Shown here piece by piece: positions 54,079-64,000 of a stretch of 64,000 bases of DNA. Below the pieces are notes generated by a model. The model was not told the DNA's origin and searched no databases. It saw only the letters and a program-made list of their open reading frames with translations. Source of the stretch: Octopus vulgaris. Lineage: Eukaryota. The stretch lies in the NCBI GenBank assembly GCA_951406725.2, contig OX597823.1, positions 39,494,001-39,558,000 on the forward strand. Reading direction: 5' to 3'. The position numbers and the translations under genes were made by a program. Position 1 is the stretch's first letter. Each line of letters starts with the position of its first letter.

Positions 54079-54790
54079 TTAAGTAATTGAGATTCAAGTG
54101 AATTCTAAAGAATTCACATGAATATGGTCCTTAACTAGGATGCACCGGAAATCTATATGGTGTTAACCATACGACAAGTGGGGTGATTACAAATAGGAAA
54201 AAAGCAACAAGAATGGATTAAAATCTCGGTACGATCGTTTCGTACGAGGACATCTTTAATAAGCTACAAAAAATGCAGTGAATACAGATGGCTCGTACTC
54301 GTCAGCCGAAAAAACATCAGAGAATTCCCAAACATCAAAAGGGGTAGATACAAAAGAGGTTGTAAGATTAACTGCATTGAAGAAAGTTCGATTCATGGAG
54401 ATCCGATGAAAGGTTTTAAACTTACAGAATTTGTGCATGTCTACATATAGCTCATATTGAATTTCTAATCAAGTTGTGTGAAGAAATTTTCGGATACAGT
54501 CATGCAAAATTTCTGAAAATCCGAGTAAGAAGCAAAGTGACTGTCATATGTAGAGGAAAGTCTGAGTAAAAGCAAAGTGACTGTCATATCGTGTAGAGGA
54601 ACAGATTGTTATTGAAATTTACAAGAATCGCAGATAAGTTCGATTCTTGGAGATCCGATGAAAAGACTTGAACTTAAAGAATATGTGCATGTCCTTATAG
54701 TTCATAATCCAGTTTTGTGAAGAGATTTAGGGTACAATCATGCGAAAATATCAGGGAATCCGAATGAGAAGCAAAGTGACAGTCTTATAC
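54077..54790 (-). mobile_element. Penelope-like terminal repeat region with hammerhead and ~250-bp-period internal duplication
   Basis: Hammerhead at 54226-54309; aagttcgattc.tggagatccgatgaaa unit at ~54385 and ~54636; flanked by (TA)n. Confidence 0.6.
54226..54309 (-). ncRNA. Type I hammerhead ribozyme motif with intact core
   Basis: Minus strand: tcgg-CTGACGA-gtacgag...ctcgtac-GAAA-cgatcg-TA-ccga; predicted GUA cleavage triplet. Confidence 0.85.
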
Positions 54791-54990
54791 TGTGTTGTAT
54801 ATGTATAGATGTATATGTACATATGTATATATATAAATTTATGTATATATATATATACATATGTGTGTGTATATATATGTATACATATAGATGTATATGT
54901 ATAGATGTATATATGTATGTATATATATACATTTATGTATCTATATATATGCGTATATATAGATGTATATCTATATATATGTATATATAC

Positions 54991-55114
<124 letters not shown>

Positions 55115-55164
55115 GCATGTATATATACATATGCATGTATATATATATATATATATATATATAG

Positions 55165-55920
55165 GGAGAATTCACAAAAAACAAAAGACTAAGACAGGTG
55201 CTGTAGACAACAAACAGACGTATTAGTTTAACGCTTGGGAAGTGAAAAAGTCTTTAACGTTTCGAGCCTATGCTCTTCTACAGAAAGGAACACAGAAAGA
55301 AACAGGGAGTGAAAGTAAAGAATGTGTAGTATCTGGCGATATACCATAGGGGAGCTAGGAAGAAGGGGAGATAATAAAGTAGTGGTGATCACAAAACGAA
55401 GGTGCGCGTGCGTGTGTATGTGAAAGTATGTATGTGCGAATGGAAGAGAGCTGGTGACCTTGACGTGTGCGTGTGTGCATGTGTAGGTGTGTGGATATTG
55501 TGTGGGTGCTGGAAAGTGGTCAGTGCTAGTGTGTGCGTGGTGGTGTGATATGATATGGTGTTGCGCTGTATGGTGTTGTTGAGCTGTTGAGGAGGCGAGA
55601 GTGGGGAAAGCATGGGGTGTGGGTTAGGCTGAGGTTGGGGTAGAGGTGGAGTATGAGGTAGTGGGTGTAAGGGATGGGGTGGGGGTGGGATGGGATGGAT
55701 AGGGAAGGTAGGGTTGGATTGTGTAGGGGTGGAGTTTCGAGGGAGGGCTGACGATGAAGGGAGAGTGGAAAAGGAGAAGGTGTGTTGGAGTGGAGAGAAG
55801 AGAGGAGGGTGGGAGTGAAGAGAAGAAGTAGGAGTCAGAGCAAGAGAGGAGAGCTTGGTGGGTGGGATTAAGTAGGTGTGAGAAGAAAAGAGGAGAGGGG
55901 AGGAGAGTTGGGCCAAAGTG
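55165..55920 (-). mobile_element. Penelope-like element end (related to the 61770 copy)
   Basis: Shares aacgtttcgagcct...gctcttc.acagaaag and flanks with 61770-61990. Confidence 0.6.
55252..55287 (-). ncRNA. Variant minimal hammerhead motif (core CTGTAGA)
   Basis: cttt-CTGTAGA-a-gagc(atag)gctc-GAAA-cg-TT-aaag. Confidence 0.55.
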
Positions 55921-55925
55921 GCGCA

Positions 55926-56168
55926 ATCTGTAATATAATATGTGACAATTATTCAGTTGCCATGTTAAAACTCCGAGTTTCGGATGTCTGGGCATAAACT
56001 TGCTCCAGCATCTCTTCAGTTATCGAGGCAATCAAATTATGCATATTTACATGCATATTTTGATTGCCTCGACAACTGAAGAGATACCGGAGCAGTTTCC
56101 GTCCCGACATCCGAAACTCAGAGTTTTATCATGGCAACCGAATAATTGGCACGTATTGTATTACAGAT
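55926..56168. repeat. ~115-bp-arm inverted repeat with a hammerhead-like motif in each arm
   Basis: Arms reverse-complementary with a short spacer; CTGAAGA at 56076 and GAAA at 56113 on +, mirror image on minus. Confidence 0.85.
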
Positions 56169-56392
56169 AAATTCCTCTATTTACATAATATCGAGGTCTC
56201 TTTCATTCTTTTATTGTTTTACCATTACTATTAATTATATATATATGTGAAGTATATTTGCCACTTAAATGTGGCTAACCACTAAGGGTAGATGCTACTG
56301 TAGCTTGTAGCCCCAGAAGAACATCTTCTCCAGCTGGCTATTGACACACTTTCTGTGCTCGCTCAGAGATTTATTATTGCTTATATATACAT

Positions 56393-56555
56393 GGTGGGGG
56401 AAAGAAGAGAGAACTAACATTCGATCCTTCTAGAATTTCAGAATGAAAACTTAAACACCTGAAAGACCTCTATTCATTACTAAATCTCTTTCCCTCTTCT
56501 TCATTGTTAAAAGTAAAGAGGCTAGAAAAGATCGATAGTATTTCAGTGTAACTAT

Positions 56556-56558
<3 letters not shown>
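56393..56558 (+). repeat. 166-bp direct duplicate of 58749-58914
   Basis: Two substitutions by eye; this copy lies between (TA)n and (TG)n. Confidence 0.95.
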
Positions 56559-56605
<47 letters not shown>

Positions 56606-56606
56606 C

Positions 56607-56653
<47 letters not shown>

Positions 56654-57287
56654 TTTTTTATTTTTATTTTCAAAGGTTTTTATTTTTATTTTTAAAATAA
56701 AAAACTTTGACTCTACAACACTGTATAAATTCTCTACTTGGAATGACCAAGTTTAAAAACTGCTGGATCTCACTCATAAGGGAATCTTACATTGTATATA
56801 AACTCTATATTTGGAAGGACTCATTTTAAACTCTGTTGGTCATTTGGACTTTTGAACTTTTGGACTTTACTCATAGGATATTGGAATATTGCATATATAC
56901 CATTCTGTCTAAAAAAATGGATCTACAATATCCCTACATATCTTGCTTCTATTTTCTTTCCTCCACTTCACTCTCTATTTTGTATCACATCTAAACTAAC
57001 TATGACTTAACCATCCTCTCACACCGTCTCCTATAAAGGGATATAATTGATAATTATCCTGGAAACAGCTGTAAGACCTTCTATCTATAAATGTTCTATC
57101 TACACAGCCTTGTTATTTTTTTTATCTCATTACGCAAAAAATTCTTATATACACACGCTGACATAGAATAAACGTTGAACTCCTTATTCGCAAAATTACC
57201 GAACCTGGATCTTAACTATGGTCTGTCGATAGCACTTATTCAGCATTACCTGACATCTTTGGGTCTCAATAACACCATTATCTCTCT

Positions 57288-57319
<32 letters not shown>

Positions 57320-57375
57320 GAGAGAGAGAGAGAGGAGAGGAGAGGTATAGTGAGATAGATAAATGTGTTTATATA

Positions 57376-57433
<58 letters not shown>

Positions 57434-57499
57434 ATGTGTGTGTGTGTGTGTGTGTCTGTGTGCGCGCGCGCCTGTGTGTGTCTGTATGTATGTACATAT

Positions 57500-57821
57500 G
57501 TATGAATGTATACTGCAGTGGGATGGAGAATGAAGTGGTGTACATTTAAAGACCATTAATCAGCAAATCGGTGTTAAGTTGTCTAAACGAAACCAAGCAA
57601 GCAGATAACAAACCATAATAATAATAAACATGAACATGTTGTTACCATAAAGGTGTTCCTGCTCGCAACACGTATCAGGTTGGTTGGTGTTCGCCAGCTG
57701 AAATATATTATGTCTTCACTCTTTAGTCTGGAAGGTGATAGATAATGAAGTACAATGCTTAAAACACAAACTTCGTCGTCTTATTAGTCGAAAACCAGCA
57801 GACTACTAAATAATAATAATA

Positions 57822-57866
<45 letters not shown>

Positions 57867-58250
57867 GGAGTCGGGAAGATTGCCCTAGGAGTCGGGAAGA
57901 CACTCGGCAAGAAATGGAAGCAAATTTGAAAGAAGAAAAAAAAAAATAATAATGATAAATAAATAAATAAATAATTAGCTGGACCCGTGAAAACTTCACG
58001 GAAAATATTTTTAAAATGTAAGCATCCGTAAATTCTGTGCTGGTGCCATGAGAAATGTTTCTGTATTCCTTACATAATTTAGAAAGAAGTGTAAAACTGA
58101 TAACTATATAATCTAACCAAAATATCTCAGTTATGCAAATGTAAACAGAATTAATATTTAGCTTTAAAATACATCGTACATAACCAAAAAAAAAAACGCA
58201 CTTGGCTTATTGGTACGGAACGTTCTTCTGGTATTCTTTTATTCTTTTTA
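57500..58250 (-). repeat. Right arm of long-range inverted duplication (partner 39657-40260)
   Basis: Direct comparison; carries an extra Dong-like tail at 57868-57945. Confidence 0.92.
57868..57945 (+). mobile_element. Very short R4/Dong-like 3' tail in (AAT)n
   Basis: gccctaggagtcgggaag...ggcaagaaatggaagcaaatttgaaagaaga matches 52546-52600. Confidence 0.85.
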
Positions 58251-58457
58251 CTTGTTGCAGTCGTTTGACTGTAGCCATGCTGGAGCACCGACATTTAGAG
58301 AAAGAAATCGACCCCTGAGCGTCGGTTGTCAAGCAATGGTGATGGGGGGACACACACACACACACACACACATATATATGACTGGCTTCTTTCAGTTTCC
58401 GTCTACCAAATTAACTCACCAGGCTTTGGTCGGCCCGACGTTATAGTAGAAGACATT
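58232..58457 (-). mobile_element. SINE family A, internally deleted
   Basis: gccatgctggagcaccg; ttctttcagtttccgtctaccaaa. Confidence 0.8.
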
Positions 58458-58748
58458 CTTTAAAGTATGAAGTTGAATTTCATGTAGCTACCTGTTGGTA
58501 ACTTTTCTCCCCCACCCATTTTGTAGCTGGTATTACCCATTTTTCTGTGCTTTTTCACAGCTATGCCCCGTTGAAATTTGCATTAGTTTATGTATCAAAA
58601 GAAAAAAAAAAACGGGAGGAGGGTTTGTTTGTAGTTTGTAGAGAAAACGTCAAACGTATCCGACCCCCCCCTCCCCCCCAAAAAATATGGTCTTTTCTGC
58701 CAACTTAAAGACACAAAGAACTACCAAACAAGACGGATAAGTACCGGG

Positions 58749-58914
58749 GGTGGGGGAAAGAAGAGAGAACTAACATTCGATCCTTCTAGAATTTCAGAAT
58801 GAAAGCTTAAACACCTGAAAGACCTCTATTCATTACTAAATCTCTTTCCCTCTTCTTCATTGTTAAAAGTAAAGAAGCTAGAAAAGATCGATAGTATTTC
58901 AGTGTAACTATCAT
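58749..58914 (+). repeat. 166-bp direct duplicate of 56393-56558
   Basis: Direct comparison. Confidence 0.95.
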
Positions 58915-58979
58915 TTTAAATGACTGAGGCTTTCCTTTCTCTGTCTCTATCACTTCCTTCTTTTTCTCTACGATTAAGA

Positions 58980-59246
58980 GAGTGAAGGAGTGTGGCTCAG
59001 TGGTTAGGAGTATTCGGCCCACGATCGTAAAGTCATGAGTACGAATCGTGGCGGCGCGCTGTGTTCTTGAGCAAGGTACTCTACTTCACCTTGCTGCAGT
59101 CCACTCAGCTGAGAAAAATAAGTTGTAGCTGTAATTCAAAGGGGCCAGCCTTGTCACATTCTGCGTGAGTCTGAATCTCTCTGAGAACTACGTTATGGTA
59201 TGCATGTCTGTGGAGTACTCAGTCACTTCCGCGTTAATTTTACGTG
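58980..59246 (+). mobile_element. SINE family C
   Basis: gtggctcagtggttag head; homologous to the 17438 copy. Confidence 0.8.
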
Positions 59247-60747
59247 GTAATGAAAAGTGAAAGTGACATCCAATATTTGCTGTATCTATTTGTGATTGAT
59301 TTAACATCGTCATCATCAGAGATACGAACCATCCTCCAACGAAGAAATGGCAAACTAATCCATTCCCATTGTAGAAATATAGAATCATTGTTTATATCAA
59401 TGAAGCAATTTGGTTTCTCATTCTTTTTAGTATTAGAAAAGAAAGATGTCCAATCAAATTGATGGTACGTGGCTTCTTTAATAAGCATTGCGTAATTGTT
59501 ATGGTGTTTTCTGGAAAAAAAAAATAACTGTTTCCGGATTCCTTTCTTCTGATGTTTTTGTTTTACGAGACATCATCTTGTTGGTTCTTAATAATTCTGA
59601 AGGCGTGAGAGACAACGGGAAAGAATGAGAGTCATAGAGAGACAAAGAGAAAGTGAGCGAGAAAGAGAGAATGAGTGAGAGAGAGAGAGAGAGAAAGATA
59701 GAGGGGGAAGAGAGAAACCCAGCTTCAAACAACCCAAAATGGCACCTACTAAATTCACCGCCTCTGTTTTGAGCAGCAACAACAAATTTGAGACCAAGCA
59801 TCCATTGGTGCTGCAAGGATTCTCAGACTTCGGAGGTAAAGGAAATTTTGGCATCCCACCTTTAAAAAAAAAAACAGATCTGATTGGCCAGATAAATTTT
59901 TTGATACCCCTCAAAGCTGCACCTGAAAATGAATTCTCTCTTTTTCTTCCCTCGGTTTACATCACTAAAACTTTCACTCACAACAACGCAAATAAAGTAT
60001 GCTCACAAAAGATACTGTCGAAATTACGTGCAACAGTCGCCGTGCAACAGTCACAGCAGAATAGAAGACAATAATAAAAGCAAACAAAAACGGCGCAGAT
60101 ATATACCGACTGCACCAAGTGCACTCACGTCTAGACAACAAAGTAAACGTCAGAACAATTGTACAAAACAATATATTATTTCTATTCTATTCTGAAGTCT
60201 GTTTTGTCTGGGTTTCCAGTCTCTCTCTGCAATATAGCATAACAAAACTAGTTACAAGACCTAATATAGAGCAGTTATCATCATGACAGAATTCAAACTG
60301 ACTATTTAGACAATGAAATGTAAGTAACAGACTAGCCGCACGGCTGAGGGTTAGAATATGATGCCATACCAAAATCCACTGTAACACAATACCAGCACCT
60401 GTCGTTACAGGCTCAATAACACTCAAATATTGTAATACCAGCACTCTTACAACAATATCACTGCACACACACACAAACACACCACACACACCCGCACCAC
60501 ACACACACACACACGTACACACCGACTGGCAGCAGCGAGATCAATATCCATTCAAATCAGGCTTTACTGTACTAAAGAAGTGCTAATTTCTATCTTGTTT
60601 GTAATATACAAAAAAGACGAACTAGTCATCACCGGATCGTATTTGGCCATAAGTCAACACGACCAAAGTTGACTTGGAGTAATAGTTAGCACAGGTGTAC
60701 AGGTTACAAAATATGTGGCCTTTTTTATCTGTATTTCTCTCTCTCTC

Positions 60748-60822
<75 letters not shown>

Positions 60823-61716
60823 GAGAGAGAGAGAGAGAGACCGACCAAAGTGTACGTACGCCGCTATATATTTTATATATAAAAAATACAAAATGGGACA
60901 ATAACGTAAAACATATAGACAGTGTTAAATGATATAAAAAAAGGGCAACAAAGCATCCAAATAGACGATACAAAGAAAACAAGGACGGGTCATTCGGAGT
61001 TTTCTTTCCTCAGTTGAGTTCCAGATTATCTTTGCAATTTCGGCTGGTTATACCCGAGATTGCTCCAATCTGGCCAGCCCCAAAGAAAAACTAAGCTAAG
61101 AGCATTAGGTTCCTTGGAAGAAAGCAGCGAATGTATACTAAAACAAGGACGAATATAAAAGAAAAGTTTGTTACACAAATACAAATAACAGGACATAACA
61201 ACAGGTGTCTTTCGACTAAGGACGAATTAAATTAAGCTGGCGTGTGTGGAAGAGATACAAGATTTCGCAAGTACAGGGAGGAATATAGATGTTGCACGGA
61301 CGGCGGCCAAACCAAGAAAGAAAGGTCAGGCTTGGCCGAACACCGGTCACGTGGGGAGAGAAGAGAGAGAGAGAGCGAGGTAGAGGCAGAGGGACAGAAG
61401 AAATAAGGAGGGGTGAGAAAAAATGACAGGGACACAGTGAAGTGAAGAGAGGAGGGAAAGTGAGCGTGAAGAGAAGACAAGAAAAAATTTGAGAGAAGAG
61501 GAACGAAAGAGGGAAGAGTGGAATGAAAGAAGTAAGCGTGAAAGAGCTGATAGAAAGAAGGAAAAAATAAAAGAATAGAAAGAATAGAGTCGTACAAGAT
61601 TTAGATAAATTTATACTTACATATAAGAGACCATATAAGAGGCTGCTATGTGTTATATGTTTTGTTGTCTCTTTCTTGTATCACCTAACTGTCTGGATAT
61701 TTTGCGTTCTTGTCCC

Positions 61717-61769
<53 letters not shown>

Positions 61770-61773
<4 letters not shown>

Positions 61774-61983
61774 CGGGAAGCTTTATGAAAATAGACAAAA
61801 GACGAAGGCAGGTGGAAAACAAACGAACAATTGTATTAGTATGGCGCTTAGGAAATATAAATAGAAACAAGTATTTAACGTTTCGAGCCTACGCTCTTCA
61901 ACAGAAAGATACACAGAGAGAAAAAAAAACACAGAAAGAAGGAGAGAAAAAAAATGCGTGCAGTAGCTAACGAATCAACATGG

Positions 61984-62059
<76 letters not shown>

Positions 62060-62515
62060 GTGTATGCATATATGTATATGAAGGTGAGAGGAAAAAGACT
62101 GAAAAAGAAGGCAACGCAAGGCTCGGCAACTCTAGACAAGACAGCCACCCGCTCTGCCATGCGACCAAAGCCCAAGCTTGTTCTATTCCCGACTTGGCCT
62201 TCTGATTCATGTCAAGTTTAAGCATCATGGAGGTACACGAGTGGTGCTGCCGCCGACGATATATATATATATATATGGAAGAAGCCAGCAACTACAGTAC
62301 AACGGCAGTCACACATCACACCAGCGGGAGATCCAGAGATAGTAGAAGAAGAATGTGTTGCATCGTCGGAAAGCGCATTTAAAAGTGCTTGATGGTGTGA
62401 GGTTGCGAGATGTGGAGCGTCTTGTCAGGATGCTTCCGAGGTTTCTATCATTTTTGAAGTCAAGGAGAGATGGGATGGCAAAAAAATGGAGTAAAATTCG
62501 AAAGTTGCGGGCGAA

Positions 62516-62549
<34 letters not shown>

Positions 62550-63060
62550 AAGAGAGAGAGAAATATGGACTGTATGTATGCGTAAAGAGGGTAGGAGAGT
62601 GGTGACGCGGTTGATAGCCTGGGCTTACCGGAGTGCAGAATCTACAACAGATCGAGGATGCTCTTGACTCAGGAAGAATTATCACATTCTTCCACACTGG
62701 GATTCCTAATCCAAATCAACACTGCAGTCATCGAAAGGGAAAGAATTGGGAGAATAGAAGAGCTGATTTAGTGTGTTTGGGACGAAAGAAGAGTTATAGG
62801 CATAGGAGTGGGGACCAGAAGGCTTGTAGTGGATGGAAGAGTACAGGTGGAGATTTTTTAGAGTAAGGGAGTAATCGAGAGACAAACAGCGGTATTCAAT
62901 ACGGTTAAGGTAAATTCCAAGGCATGGAAAAAGAAGTCAACGAAAGAAATGAAGCTACTGAGCAGATGCGTGGGAAGAGTCGTGGAGCCGACGCAGTCGT
63001 CAATATAGCGACGGTACAGGTCTGGGATGTGTTCGGTTAATTGAGTAAACATTAGCTCTT
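61770..63060 (-). mobile_element. Decayed Penelope-like element with RT fragment
   Basis: 62858-63052 minus: PDLYRRYIDDCVG...FISFVDFFFHALEFT (Penelope-type YIDD); hammerhead variant near 61874. Confidence 0.7.
61874..61907 (-). ncRNA. Variant minimal hammerhead motif (core CTGTTGA)
   Basis: ttt-CTGTTGA-a-gagc(gtag)gctc-GAAA-cg-TT-aaa. Confidence 0.55.
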
Positions 63061-63334
63061 TACTGTGGCCTGTAGAAACTAGAGTGGACCTTAATTATGT
63101 TAAGTTTTTTGTAGGCCACATTTAAAGGCAAAATCTAGAGAAAAAAACAAGAATAAAATATTAAAAAATCAAAAAGACCTCTGTCTGGAATGTTGGAAGC
63201 ACTTTTCCAACGGTATTGTGAGTATGTGCATATATGTATATGTGTGTGTATGCGTGTGTCTATGAGGGAGTGCCGCACATGTATGTATGTGTTGTTGTCT
63301 GTGTGGGTGTAGAGTGTGCATGTTTGCTTTTACG

Positions 63335-63713
63335 TGGCACTCCGTCGGTTACGACGACGAGGGTTCCAGTTGATCCGATCAACGGAACAGCCTGCTCGTG
63401 AATTTAACGTGTAAGTGGCTGAGCAATCCACAGATACGTGTAACCTTAACGTAGTTCTCGGGGAGATTCAGCTTGACACAGTGAGACAAGGTTGGCCCTT
63501 CGAAATACAGGTACAACACAAACAGGAAGAAAGAGTGAGAGAAAGTTCTGGTGAAAGAGTGCAGGAGGGTTCGCCACCACTCTCTGCTGAAAACTTGTGG
63601 AGTTTTAGGTGTTTTCGCTCAATAAACATTCACAACGCCCGTTCTGGAAATCGAAACCGCGATCCTAAGACCGCGCGTCCGTTGCACTAACCACTGGGCC
63701 ATTGCGCCTCCAC
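63335..63713 (-). mobile_element. SINE family C
   Basis: Highly similar to 32030-32414. Confidence 0.9.
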
Positions 63714-64000
63714 AGGTTTGCTTTTAAGGAGCTGATAATGGATGATACCAGGTCGTCAGGCAAGTGGGAAGAGAAAAGTGTCCAGAGAATAGCTTTAGAC
63801 ATGCGATTGATCAACATGTCTCATCTTCAGGTATCATTGAATGAGAGAATGAGAGCGGGAGAAAGAAAGAGCGGGGTACTCAAGAAAATCTCTTCAATAC
63901 AATAGACAACCACAACCAAAACAACAAATCACAAACTCTGTATCAATACAGCTCCCACGTCCTAGATTCCCAAGATGTCTTAGTAAAAACTATAGCAGGT

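Noticed and set aside
57500-58457. SINE 3' transduction as origin of the long inverted duplication
   Set aside because: The homology does start at a SINE-like tail, but T runs on the relevant strand should stop Pol III early, and no TSD or tail is visible at the other copy.
56393-58914. LTR retrotransposon with 166-bp LTRs
   Set aside because: No TG...CA ends, PBS, PPT, TSD or coding interior.
60985-61025. Hammerhead-like CTGAGGA on minus
   Set aside because: Followed by GAAT rather than GAAA, with weak helices.

Overview
AT-rich, microsatellite-saturated eukaryotic non-coding DNA. The tRNA-derived SINE families and repeat landscape point to an octopus (coleoid cephalopod) genome; this is inferred, not proven. 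No host gene can be securely called, and almost all short ORFs in the track are translations of simple repeats. The one long ORF (43924-47325, minus) is ORF2 of a full-length L1/Tx1-clade retrotransposon with a broken ORF1, inserted with a target-site duplication into the tRNA-like head of a SINE. The window also holds three abundant SINE families, R4/Dong-like fragments confined to (AAT)n, a second Tx1-like 3' end confined to (TATC)n, RTE fragments (one with a twin-priming-type inversion), Penelope-like remnants, mariner and Tc1/maT fossils, Helitrons and a hAT MITE. Best leads: (1) a SINE subfamily sharing a 26-nt identical block and a terminal stem-loop with the Tx1 3' UTR, a candidate SINE-Tx1 partnership; (2) several hammerhead-ribozyme motifs, one inside a tRNA-headed SINE-like element; (3) long-range inverted duplications of apparently unique sequence, one with a far better conserved core, and several 165-225 bp local duplications abutting microsatellites. 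All alignments and counts were done by eye, and element boundaries without TSDs are approximate.
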